Assembly (NCBI GenBank): GCA_963662585.1
Contig: OY759729.1
Location: 1,216,001-1,280,000, forward strand
Direction of reading: 5' to 3'
DNA from: Candidatus Cloacimonadales bacterium
GTDB taxonomy: Bacteria; Cloacimonadota; Cloacimonadia; Cloacimonadales; JAFGVF01
Length of the DNA stretch: 64,000 bases
A program made the position numbers and the translations under genes. Positions 51,474 to 61,025 of the stretch are shown here, one piece after another; within the stretch, counting starts at the first letter, position 1; every line of letters starts with the position of its first letter. The notes under the pieces were generated by a model. The model was not told where the DNA came from and searched no databases. It saw only the letters and a list, made by a program, of their open reading frames with translations.

Positions 51474-54200
51474 ATGAAGAGATTTATTGAGAAAGTCAAG
51501 CAGACTAAATTAAATATTCCAATCCCGGTGTTTGGTGTTGGTTGCGGTGTTTTGGGACTAAGTTTAAATAAAGTATCTGTCGATTTAGGGAAATATGCAT
51601 CTACTCTCCTTAGAGCCTTAGAGTATAGAGGATATGATTCTACAGGAGCTGTTTTCCAGAATAATAATCAGATTACCCTACTCAAAGATGTTGGAGCTCC
51701 TAGTACCTTAGTAAAAACCTTGGGTATTGAAAAACAAGCTGGAAAAGTTTTTTGTGGACAAGTTCGTTGGGCGACCTTCGGTCAGGTTGATAAAAAAAAT
51801 GCTCAACCACACTGGGTAAAATGTAAAAGAGAAATTTATGGTGCTCATAATGGTAATATCACAAATACTAGAGATTTAAGAGAATTTTTACTTGCAGAAG
51901 GACATAATGTCGTCTCAGATAACGACGGTGAAATGTTAGTTCACACAGTAGAGCACTATTTTGATATTGAATTAAGTAAACATCAAGAAGCAGATCAAAA
52001 CAATCATGAAATTAGAAAAGAAGCAATGCGTAAAGCAATCGTTAAAGCTGGAAAAAGAGCTGTCGGTTCTTATGCTGCTGTTATCTGCGACCCAGTTACT
52101 GAAGTTTCTTGGGCTATTAAAGCAGGCTCAAGTCTCTATTTCGGTATGGGCGAAATTGATGGACATAAATTTGGTTTAGCCTCTTCAGATTTAACTGCAG
52201 TACTCCGCTTTACCAAGCTTCTAGTAAATCTTAGAGAAGGTGAATTTGTTGAATACACTTCTGAAGGATACCAACTTTTTGCCCAAAAAAATGTCTGCTA
52301 CAAAAAAGCAGGACTTAAAGATGAATGCTATGAACCAGGTGATAAAATAGAAAAACCTCTTGTAAGATCTAAGCTAAGAGCTGAAGATACAGAACTACTC
52401 CCTCAATATGAATATTTTATGGAACAAGAAATTCATTCTCAACCTGAATCTACTGGTAAGTTAATAAAAATCTACCAAGGAGGCTCAAATACAGGACGCA
52501 GAATGATAGAATTCCTTAAAAGGGAAGATATCTTTACTAGTATAGAAAAACTTTCCTATGATATCGCTAAAGTAGAAGAATTTGATAAAAAGAAAAAGTA
52601 CTTTGATAAATACTTGAATGATAATAAATCAGATGAGTATTATGAAAAAGTAAAAAATGGCTATCAATCAATTTATGATGTTTTAGTTAAAGAAGATTTT
52701 GAAAATAAATATCTCTTCTCAGAAGAAAAAAATCTCCTAATAGAACTTATGAATGGTGGTTTCTCTAAGAAGAAACTCCTTATTATTAAAGCTCTAGATA
52801 GTTATTACGAAGATATAGAAAACAACCTTTACCTCAAAAGTGTAAGTGATTTTATTGAACTTATAGAAAACACTAAGAAAAATAAGGGTGTTACTTACTC
52901 TATAGCTTGTGGAACTTCTTATAATGCTACAAAAGTTGCAGCTCTCTTCTTTAACGAAATTGCTGGTGTGGAAATTATTCCTATTTTACCTGGTGATTTC
53001 AGAGGTGAATATTCCAATTCTTTGAAAGATCATGACCTCATTATTGGTGTTTCTCAAAGTGGTGAAACAAAAGATTTAATCGACATCTTCAATGATATTG
53101 ATGCTTCAGGATTAAAGATTAGCAAAGTAGTTGTAGTTAATAATATGAATTCTACTTTAGGACAAGAAAAGAGTGATGTTGCTATACCAATTCATTGCGG
53201 TCCTGAAATAGCTGTTCCTGCTACTAAAAGTTTTATGAATCAGTTAACCGTCTTCTATTACTTAGCTATTAGAACTGCTGAAAGAATGCTTGAATTAGAA
53301 AGAACCAGTCTAGATAAAGCTGAAGTATGGGAAAGAGAACATAAAATAGCTTATCGTAAAAAGACACTTAAAGATATTCCTCTTCTTCTTAAAGAAACAA
53401 TATCTACCACTAAAGAAGCAATTACTTATGTTGCCAATAAAACCTACATGGAACCTTCCATGCACTTACTAGCAACTAAAATCTCTGGTGTAGCTTTTGA
53501 AGGTGCTCTTAAAATTAGAGAAACTGTTCTTAATCATACTGAAGGTAGAGAAGCTTCTGAATTTAAACACGGTCCTAATACCATCTTAGGAAAAAATACT
53601 ATATTCGGACTTAAAAATGTAAAAAAACTCTTAAAGAAAATTAATGTTCTTCATGATTTGATTGCAGCTAATGCCTCAAAATATAAACTTATTCCAGATG
53701 ACACTATTGCCCTTAATAAAGCAATTAACAGCTATATCTTCGATAGAACATTCCCATTCAATCTCTCTACTAATGCTACTGAACTATTCAAAAAATTAGT
53801 ATCTGAAATCGACTTCTTTGATGAATTATATCGTAACTATCCTTTAGTTTATATTACCGGTCCTGATGAAAGAGATATAAATTTAACTATCTCCCAAATC
53901 AATACTCATAAAATTAGAGGAGCTGATACTTTCATTATTGCTGAAGAGAATGATAAATTGATGGATAATGCAAGACTAAATCCTTTTGGAGATAATAAGT
54001 ACTACGGTTGGGGTTATATTCAACTTCCTAAAACTGGTGATACTCTTATGACTTGTTTCTCATCATCTATTGCCTTGCAACTCTTAGCACTCAATATGAG
54101 TATTAAGAAAATGGAATACCTCGACAGATTAGGCATGATTGAACACGGAGTGCATCCTGATGTTCCTAAAAATGTATCAAAATCTATCACAGTTGACTAA
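51474..54200 (+). CDS. glmS: Glutamine--fructose-6-phosphate transaminase, atypically long (908 aa)
   Basis: LEYRGYDS, RWAT, HNGNI, ACGTS, SQSGETKD, ATKSF, EGALKIRE, KHGP, PKNVSKSITVD. Confidence 0.88.
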   Translation: MKRFIEKVKQTKLNIPIPVFGVGCGVLGLSLNKVSVDLGKYASTLLRALEYRGYDSTGAVFQNNNQITLLKDVGAPSTLVKTLGIEKQAGKVFCGQVRWATFGQVDKKNAQPHWVKCKREIYGAHNGNITNTRDLREFLLAEGHNVVSDNDGEMLVHTVEHYFDIELSKHQEADQNNHEIRKEAMRKAIVKAGKRAVGSYAAVICDPVTEVSWAIKAGSSLYFGMGEIDGHKFGLASSDLTAVLRFTKLLVNLREGEFVEYTSEGYQLFAQKNVCYKKAGLKDECYEPGDKIEKPLVRSKLRAEDTELLPQYEYFMEQEIHSQPESTGKLIKIYQGGSNTGRRMIEFLKREDIFTSIEKLSYDIAKVEEFDKKKKYFDKYLNDNKSDEYYEKVKNGYQSIYDVLVKEDFENKYLFSEEKNLLIELMNGGFSKKKLLIIKALDSYYEDIENNLYLKSVSDFIELIENTKKNKGVTYSIACGTSYNATKVAALFFNEIAGVEIIPILPGDFRGEYSNSLKDHDLIIGVSQSGETKDLIDIFNDIDASGLKISKVVVVNNMNSTLGQEKSDVAIPIHCGPEIAVPATKSFMNQLTVFYYLAIRTAERMLELERTSLDKAEVWEREHKIAYRKKTLKDIPLLLKETISTTKEAITYVANKTYMEPSMHLLATKISGVAFEGALKIRETVLNHTEGREASEFKHGPNTILGKNTIFGLKNVKKLLKKINVLHDLIAANASKYKLIPDDTIALNKAINSYIFDRTFPFNLSTNATELFKKLVSEIDFFDELYRNYPLVYITGPDERDINLTISQINTHKIRGADTFIIAEENDKLMDNARLNPFGDNKYYGWGYIQLPKTGDTLMTCFSSSIALQLLALNMSIKKMEYLDRLGMIEHGVHPDVPKNVSKSITVD

Positions 54201-54282
54201 TAGCTAAAAATAAATCTTGACATATAGTTCACTTTATAAACTATAGGTCTAATATTAAAAAATAAATTAAAGGAGATGCAGA

Positions 54283-54330
54283 ATGATTAATTTAATTATT
54301 ACAGTTATTGTAAAAAACAGAAATAATTAA
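54283..54330 (+). CDS. Putative hflX leader peptide MINLIITVIVKNRNN
   Basis: SD AAGGAG 7 nt upstream of ATG; followed by alternative hairpins and a terminator. Confidence 0.65.
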   Translation: MINLIITVIVKNRNN

Positions 54331-54416
54331 TCTGCACTGATACCTTAAAATATAACTAAATTTTGGGATCAGTGGAGCTTAAAAACTATGCTGATCCTAT
54401 TATTGCGTCAAAATTT

Positions 54417-54463
54417 ACCCGGAATGTTGTCCAATATTGGATTAGCAATCCGGGTTTCTTTTT
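54417..54463 (+). terminator. Attenuator (intrinsic terminator) in the hflX 5' leader
   Basis: acccgga...tccgggt stem with paired interior, followed by ttcttttt, ~37 nt before the hflX ATG. Confidence 0.75.
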
Positions 54464-54500
54464 GTCCGGGATTAAATTCAGAGAATAATAAGGAGAATAT

Positions 54501-55865
54501 ATGACTGAAGATAAAATATTAGATAATGATCTTGATCTAGATTTTGATGTTGAAACTGATGAAGAAATTATTCTTGATCCCAATCAAGCAATATTAGTCG
54601 GAGTATGTTTACCAAGAGAGAATTTTGAAGAGAAAGAGAAATCTCTTATCGAATTAGACCTTTTGGCAAAAACAGCTGGACTTAAAACAGTTTATAAAAG
54701 AATTCAAAAAAGAGCAAAAATAGATGGAGCTTCCTTTGTGGGTAAAGGATTCTTAGCTGAGATAAAAGAATTAGCTCAGGAATATGGAGCGGGTTTAGTT
54801 ATTTTTGATAACGAACTCTCCCCTACCCAAGGAAAAAATGTCAGCCAAATGCTGAAATTAGAAGTTAGTGATAGAACAGAGATAATTCTCAATATCTTCC
54901 ATCATCACGCTAAGACCTATGAAGCAAGTCTTCAAGTCGAACTGGCAGAGCTTAAATACCAATTACCAAGATTAAAAAAACTTTGGTCTCACTTTGAAGG
55001 TAGTAAAGTAGCTGCAGCTAGCGGTGGTCAAGGTGGTGGTTCTGCCTCCCGTGGTATAGGAGAGACTCAATTAGAAATTGATAAGAGAATTATCAGACAT
55101 CAGATAAACACTGTAGAAAAAAAGCTAGAGGCTATTATGATACAGAAAGATACTCAAAGTAAACAAAGAGCTAATCTTAAGAGGGTTTGCTTGGTGGGTT
55201 ATACCAACGCTGGTAAATCAACTCTCTTTAACCAACTCACAGACTCTGATGTCTTAGTTGAAGATAAACTCTTTGCTACCTTAGGCTCGACTGTTAGAAC
55301 ACTAAAATTAGATAGAGGAAAAGAGATTGTTCTATCCGATACTGTCGGATTTATCTCCCAGCTTCCTCATCATTTAGTAGCCTCCTTTAGAGCTACCCTA
55401 AAAGAAGTAACTGAAGCAAACTTACTTCTTCATACTGTCGATGTTTCAGATTCACGCTTTGAATTCTACATCACTGAGGTCGAGAAAGTACTAGCTTCAA
55501 TTGAAGCAAATGACATCAAGACTCTCTTAGTCTTCAACAAAACTGATAAATTAGAATCATCTAAGTTAGCTTTGCTGAAAAATAGATTTCCTACTGCAAT
55601 CTTTATTTCTGCCCTAAATAGTAATAATATTGAAGAACTTACTACTAGAATAGAGAATGAACTGCATAACTATGCAACTTACCAGATATTTATTCCTTTT
55701 TCAGAACAAAAAAGTGCTGCTGACTTGGAAAAATTAGGACAAATAGTTAATAAAAGTTATGAAGAGCAAGGTACAGAATTCGTGGCAATTCTTAATGAAG
55801 AAGATGTTAGATTCTTTAAGAAGTTCTTAAGATACTCTGTTGAAGACTTTTATCCTAACATATAA
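54501..55865 (+). CDS. hflX: Ribosome-splitting GTPase HflX
   Basis: ELSPTQ, RGIGETQLE, GYTNAGKSTL, LFATL, DTVGF, NKTD. Confidence 0.96.
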   Translation: MTEDKILDNDLDLDFDVETDEEIILDPNQAILVGVCLPRENFEEKEKSLIELDLLAKTAGLKTVYKRIQKRAKIDGASFVGKGFLAEIKELAQEYGAGLVIFDNELSPTQGKNVSQMLKLEVSDRTEIILNIFHHHAKTYEASLQVELAELKYQLPRLKKLWSHFEGSKVAAASGGQGGGSASRGIGETQLEIDKRIIRHQINTVEKKLEAIMIQKDTQSKQRANLKRVCLVGYTNAGKSTLFNQLTDSDVLVEDKLFATLGSTVRTLKLDRGKEIVLSDTVGFISQLPHHLVASFRATLKEVTEANLLLHTVDVSDSRFEFYITEVEKVLASIEANDIKTLLVFNKTDKLESSKLALLKNRFPTAIFISALNSNNIEELTTRIENELHNYATYQIFIPFSEQKSAADLEKLGQIVNKSYEEQGTEFVAILNEEDVRFFKKFLRYSVEDFYPNI

Positions 55866-55933
55866 TCAGTGTTGAATTATAGATTAACACTAATGCCTGA
55901 AATTTTAATGTCGTAAATCAATCTACAATTTCT

Positions 55934-55980
55934 GCTACCTTCATTCTTATGTGTTTAGAGTGAAGGTAGTTTGATTTTTT
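55934..55980 (+). terminator. Intrinsic terminator after hflX
   Basis: ctaccttcattc...gagtgaaggtag stem followed by a T-rich tract. Confidence 0.65.
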
Positions 55981-56059
55981 CTTATATAAATTTCCTATCT
56001 TTCCCTTGACGATTTTTTGACTCTGTTAATTGTGAGTTATCAATCATGAGAGGATAATA

Positions 56060-57514
56060 ATGGAAAAGATTAAAATAGATTTATCTAACTTAAGTAATAT
56101 ATTCCCCAACGAGTTCACCGATGCTCAAAAAGCAAAAGCTCAAACTCTATTTTTAAAAAAGTTATCAGAAGAAGCCCACAGATTTTATGGTGGAAAGATG
56201 CAAACTGTTCCCAAAGCTGGTGTCTATGGTTTTAACTGGTTTAATGTTTGGTACACTCCTGGCGTATCACAAGTTTCTACTACATTAAGAGATAATCCTT
56301 CAGAAGCCTATAATCTCAGTAATAAAGGAAATTTAGTGGCTGTTGTATCGGATTCTACCCGTGTTTTAGGTGATGGTGATTGCGGTATTTATGGTGGTTT
56401 AGGTGTAATGGAAGGTAAGGCTTTTTTAATGAAATACTTGGGTGGTATTGATGCTGTAGCCCTTTGTATAAATAACCGGGATCAGAATGGCCAGCCAAAT
56501 CCAGATAAAATAATTGATTTTGTAAAAATGATAGAGCCATCCTTTGGAGCTGTTAATTTAGAAGATATCTCACAACCTAATTGCTACAAAGTCTTGGATG
56601 AATTACGAAATGATTGTGATATTCCTGTCTGGCACGATGATGCCCAAGGGACAGCATCTGTTACTCTTGCAGGATTGATAAATGCCTTAAAATTAGCAAA
56701 TAAAAAGATTGAGAGTGTTAAAACTGTTCTTCTTGGAGCTGGTGCAGCCAATTCAACCATAGCTAAGATTCTTATGGCTGCAGGAATGTCCGGTGAGAAT
56801 ATTATTATTTTTGATGCTGATGGCAGTCTTTCAACTGACAGAATTGATTTTAAAACTAATCCATTATCTTATAGACAGTGGGAACTTTGTCAAAAAACAA
56901 ATCCTAACAACATAAAAGACATAGAAGTAGCTATGAAAGGTGCAGATGTTTTAATCGCTGTTTCTAAACCAGGACCAGATACTGTTAAAGCAGAGTGGAT
57001 TAAACTAATGAACAGCAAAGCAATTGTCTTCACTTGTGCTAACCCTATTCCTGAAATTTATCCTTATGAAGCTAAAGAAGCTGGAGCATTTATTGTCGCT
57101 ACCGGAAGAGGTGATTTCCCTAACCAAGTAAATAATTCTTTAGGTTTCCCTGGTATTTTAAAAGGTGCATTAACTGTTCAAGCAACTAAAATTACCGATA
57201 ATATGGCTATTGCAGCAGCTTATTCTTTAGCTAATTATGCAGAAAAAAGAGGGATAAATCCAGATAATATTATACCAACCATGGATGAAGCAGAAGTATT
57301 CCCCCAAGAAGCAGCTGATGTAGCAATGCAAGCAATCAAAGATGGTGTTGCTAGCAGAATCCTAACTCATGAGGAAGTCTTCAACATTGCTCAAAGAGAT
57401 ATTAAGCAAGCTCGTGAAACCATGCAATTGCTGATGGATAAAGATATGATTAAGCAGCCTCCAATTGAGATGTTGGAAAAGGTTCTGAACTGGACAATAA
57501 ACCAAGTTAAATAA
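56060..57514 (+). CDS. NAD(P)-dependent malic enzyme
   Basis: YTPGV, VMEGKA, NLEDI, HDDAQGT, GAGAA, ANPIPEI, TGRGDFPNQVNN. Confidence 0.93.
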   Translation: MEKIKIDLSNLSNIFPNEFTDAQKAKAQTLFLKKLSEEAHRFYGGKMQTVPKAGVYGFNWFNVWYTPGVSQVSTTLRDNPSEAYNLSNKGNLVAVVSDSTRVLGDGDCGIYGGLGVMEGKAFLMKYLGGIDAVALCINNRDQNGQPNPDKIIDFVKMIEPSFGAVNLEDISQPNCYKVLDELRNDCDIPVWHDDAQGTASVTLAGLINALKLANKKIESVKTVLLGAGAANSTIAKILMAAGMSGENIIIFDADGSLSTDRIDFKTNPLSYRQWELCQKTNPNNIKDIEVAMKGADVLIAVSKPGPDTVKAEWIKLMNSKAIVFTCANPIPEIYPYEAKEAGAFIVATGRGDFPNQVNNSLGFPGILKGALTVQATKITDNMAIAAAYSLANYAEKRGINPDNIIPTMDEAEVFPQEAADVAMQAIKDGVASRILTHEEVFNIAQRDIKQARETMQLLMDKDMIKQPPIEMLEKVLNWTINQVK

Positions 57515-57519
57515 ATATT

Positions 57520-58911
57520 ATGTACAAAGGCTTTTCAAAACTGTCTGTTATTGTTCTTATTACAGCTATTATTATGGCTATATATAGTTTTATTATTTTT
57601 AAATATGATTATGCTAAACTCTTCCATGAAGCTTATGAAACAAGTGATTCTCTCTTTATTGTAGAGAATAGTAAAGAGGATTTTAAAGATTCCTTAAACA
57701 CTATTACTAAGAAAAGTGAAGCTAAAACTGTAAAGAAGAAGTATGTCAAAAAAATTAAGCCTGTAGCTTTTTCAGAAATTATAGGTGGTGATGATTTTAG
57801 CCATATAAAGCCCTTTTTTGCTAAACTCGACCTGTTCTCTAAGAATAAAGTAAAAAGACTAAGAATAGCCTATTTTGGAGATTCTATAACTGAATCTGAT
57901 CTTGGCACTAATAGATTAAGAAAAGTATGGCAAGATAGCCTAGGCGGTGAAGGAGTTGGCTTTATTCCTGCTGTTTCTAATTTAAGCAAGTTTAGAGCAT
58001 CGATAAAACACACTTATAGTAAGAACTGGACTGAGTATTCCATTAGTAGACCAAGCAATAGGAAAATGCCTCTAGGACTTTATGGTAGTGTAGCAGTTCC
58101 TTCTTTACCCATCAGAGATAGCTTAGCCTATGATAGCACTACTGTAAGTTGGCATAGCTATAGTATGATGGAAGGTAATTGGCTCAGCAAACCGACCTTG
58201 ATAATTTTAAATAAAAAAGCTCCCCTTTCAATTGAGTATTTAGTCAATCGCGATACTCTTACCAAGCATATTGAAACAAGTGATAAAATGCAATTTATTA
58301 CTTTAAGTGATTCCATAATTAAATACTTATCTATATCTTACTATCCTCAAGATACCTGCTTCGTTTATGGCGTCGATTTTTCTCATGATAAGGGTATTTA
58401 TATTGATAATTACTCACTTAGAGGAAATAAAGGAAATAATTTCTTACATTTACAAGAAGATATTATTAGTCAGTTATATGATTATTTCAAATATGATCTT
58501 ACTATTCTTCACTATGGAGCCAATGTAACAGATCCTATTATGACTGATTATAGCTGGTATAGAATCTCAATGAAGAAGAATATTTCTTATTTAAAGACAA
58601 TTGATAATAATCAACCTATGATTCTTTTTAGTGTTGGTGATAGAGGAGCATTAGCAGATACACTTTGGGTTTCTTCTCCCGATTTACCCTATTTAATTAA
58701 AGAGCAAAAGCGAATTGCTAAGGATTCTCAGATTGGATTTTTCAACCTTTTTACCGCTTTGGGTGGAGAAAATTGTAATGTAAAATTACATGATGAAGGA
58801 ATTCTTACCCCTGACCATACTCATTTTACCCGAAAAGGAGCAAGATTTTTTGGAGACTTGCTTTATCGTAAATTCACAGATGAGTATAAGAAATATTTGG
58901 AGAACAAGTAG
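57520..58911 (+). CDS. SGNH/GDSL-type periplasmic O-acetyltransferase (PatB/AlgJ-like)
   Basis: N-terminal TM, FGDS, YGAN, DHTH catalytic motifs; adjacent MBOAT gene. Confidence 0.75.
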   Translation: MYKGFSKLSVIVLITAIIMAIYSFIIFKYDYAKLFHEAYETSDSLFIVENSKEDFKDSLNTITKKSEAKTVKKKYVKKIKPVAFSEIIGGDDFSHIKPFFAKLDLFSKNKVKRLRIAYFGDSITESDLGTNRLRKVWQDSLGGEGVGFIPAVSNLSKFRASIKHTYSKNWTEYSISRPSNRKMPLGLYGSVAVPSLPIRDSLAYDSTTVSWHSYSMMEGNWLSKPTLIILNKKAPLSIEYLVNRDTLTKHIETSDKMQFITLSDSIIKYLSISYYPQDTCFVYGVDFSHDKGIYIDNYSLRGNKGNNFLHLQEDIISQLYDYFKYDLTILHYGANVTDPIMTDYSWYRISMKKNISYLKTIDNNQPMILFSVGDRGALADTLWVSSPDLPYLIKEQKRIAKDSQIGFFNLFTALGGENCNVKLHDEGILTPDHTHFTRKGARFFGDLLYRKFTDEYKKYLENK

Positions 58912-60452
58912 TGTTAAGTAAATTATTAGACTTCTTTCAATATAACCCTGCTGAGCCAATACAGTTCAACTCGCCTATTTTTCTCGTTTTCATTACACTT
59001 GTATTCTTAGGTTATCCTTTAGTAGTAAAAAAAATTAAGTTAAGAACAACTTATTTACTTGCTTTTTCATTATTTTTCTTTTATAAAACTTCTGGTATCT
59101 TTTGGTTACTCCTTCTCGGTACAGCCTTAGTTAATTATATAATCGGGAATCTTATTTATAAACACCGCCAGGAAGCAAAAAGCTATTTAATTCTAAGCAT
59201 TATCTGGAACTTAGGCACTCTCTCCTATTTTAAATATACTAATTATCTAATAGAGAGTTTTAACTTTGTGAGTGGAAGTGAAATACTTCCTCTAAATATT
59301 ATTTTCCCAGCTGGTATTTCCTTCTTCACTTTTCAAACAATGAGCTACACTATTGATATCTATAGAAAAAAACTTAAACCAATTAAAAGTTTCTTTGACT
59401 TTGCTTTTTTTGTTAGTTTTTTCCCTCAGTTAGTTGCTGGTCCCATTGTTAGAGCTGCAGACTTTCTCCCTCAAATTAACAAGAAGAAAGTTATTATAAA
59501 TGAAGAAATCTCGGAAGCTTTAATGCTGATTATCAATGGACTTTTCAAAAAGATGATTATTGCAGATTTCTTAGCAGTTAATTATATTCATAGTGTGTTT
59601 GCTGACCCTACAAGTTTTTCTGGTTTAGCAAACTTAATTGCTGTTTATGCCTATGCGATTAAGATTTATTGCGACTTCTCAGCCTACTCAGATATGGCTA
59701 TAGGTTTAGCTAAACTTCTAGGCTTTAATCTTTTGGAGAACTTTAATCTTCCTTATAAGGCTACTTCAGTTAAAGATTTTTGGAGCAGATGGCATATTTC
59801 TTTATCTACTTGGTTAAGAGATTACCTATATATCCCTCTAGGCGGAAATAGAAAAGGAAATGTCTATTTTAATCTTATGATTACAATGTTGTTAGGCGGA
59901 TTATGGCATGTGCGACCTAACGCTTTTTGGACTTATATAACTTGGGGTGCATTGCATGGTATTGCTTTAATTATACACCGAGTTTGGAGCAAAACTAATT
60001 TAGCAATATTTATTAATAACAATCGCTTGATCTCTTTAATATATAAACCTTTTGCTTGGTTACTTACCTTTAACTTTATTTGCTTAACTTGGGTATTTTT
60101 CCGTGCTGATTCAATAGCTAATGCTTGGTTGATGCTAAGTGCTATATTTGATAATCTTAGTTTTAATCAGCTTTTTCCTTGGTTCTCAGACTATCAGATA
60201 GTTGGAATAGTTTTGCTAAGCTCCTACCTATTCCATTTTATTCCCACTAATTGGGATTATAAACTAGTAAAGCCTCTTAGTAAATTAGGTGTTGTTGGGA
60301 ATGCTTTATTGCTCTCTCTTGCTTTGATCTTCTTTAGTGAATTTAAAAGAATAGAACCTTTCATAAATCAGAAAATTATGAATGATACAATGCAAGAAAG
60401 ATCTGAAGAACCTCAATATAAAGTACAACAGTTTGAGTATTATAAGTTTTAG
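58911..60452 (+). CDS. MBOAT-family O-acyltransferase (AlgI/PatA-like)
   Basis: GISFFTFQ, FFPQLVAGPIVR, DFSAYSDMAIG, FWSRWHISLSTWLRDY, GLWH. Confidence 0.93.
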   Translation: MLSKLLDFFQYNPAEPIQFNSPIFLVFITLVFLGYPLVVKKIKLRTTYLLAFSLFFFYKTSGIFWLLLLGTALVNYIIGNLIYKHRQEAKSYLILSIIWNLGTLSYFKYTNYLIESFNFVSGSEILPLNIIFPAGISFFTFQTMSYTIDIYRKKLKPIKSFFDFAFFVSFFPQLVAGPIVRAADFLPQINKKKVIINEEISEALMLIINGLFKKMIIADFLAVNYIHSVFADPTSFSGLANLIAVYAYAIKIYCDFSAYSDMAIGLAKLLGFNLLENFNLPYKATSVKDFWSRWHISLSTWLRDYLYIPLGGNRKGNVYFNLMITMLLGGLWHVRPNAFWTYITWGALHGIALIIHRVWSKTNLAIFINNNRLISLIYKPFAWLLTFNFICLTWVFFRADSIANAWLMLSAIFDNLSFNQLFPWFSDYQIVGIVLLSSYLFHFIPTNWDYKLVKPLSKLGVVGNALLLSLALIFFSEFKRIEPFINQKIMNDTMQERSEEPQYKVQQFEYYKF

Positions 60453-60617
60453 TACTTTCTAACAAGTCCTTTTAAACTCTCTTCTTTAGTGCAAATTTAA
60501 TAACCCTCCAAACTTTAAAAAAGAGGAAAGCACGCTAAAAAGCGATCCTCTATGGACTGTAGGCGTCCCTGCCTGCAGATGGAAACTCTGCTTCTCTTCT
60601 GTCGGATAGTGGACAAG

Positions 60618-60922
60618 CTGAAGACCGGAGTTCCTAAGCCGTAGGCAAGGGATTTCGGACGAAAGAAAGCTGTCGGAAGTCGCTACTCCGTGAGCAACTC
60701 CCGTCATAAATAGCTGAAGACTGGATTTCCTCAGCCGTAGGCAAGGGACTTCGGGCGAAATAAATAGTTGAAGACCGGAGTTCCTCAGCCCTAGGCAAGG
60801 GACTTCGGGCGAAATAAATAGCTGAAGACCGGAGTTCCTCGGCCGTAGGCAAGGGACTTCGGGCGAAATAAATAGCTGAAGACCGGAGTTCCTCGGCCGT
60901 AGGCAAGGGACTTCGGACGAAA
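60618..60922. repeat. 54-bp hairpin tandem repeat (4 tandem copies + 1 upstream; another at ~61996-62048)
   Basis: aaatagctgaagaccggagttcctcggccgtaggcaagggacttcgggcg units at ~60707, 60757, 60811, 60865. Confidence 0.9.
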
Positions 60923-61025
60923 CTTTTCATTTTTCATTTTTCACTATTTTTTTAGTAAAATAAACAGGGGCAAAGATGGCAAACCTGAAGTAGTTCATCT
61001 AAAGAAGTGAATTTAAGAATGTGAT

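Noticed and set aside
51440..51474. glmS ribozyme
   Set aside because: Only ~21 nt separate ispD from glmS, leaving no room for it
54217..54247. Precise sigma-70 promoter calls from TTGACA hexamers (also 26117, 33556, 43139)
   Set aside because: -35 boxes are clear but -10 spacing is ambiguous in this AT-rich DNA, so they were not annotated
60634..60930. 98-aa repeat protein ORF (also 61916-62194, 60486-60707)
   Set aside because: By-product of the 54-bp hairpin repeat being a multiple of 3; no evident SD; the conservation pattern fits DNA/RNA structure
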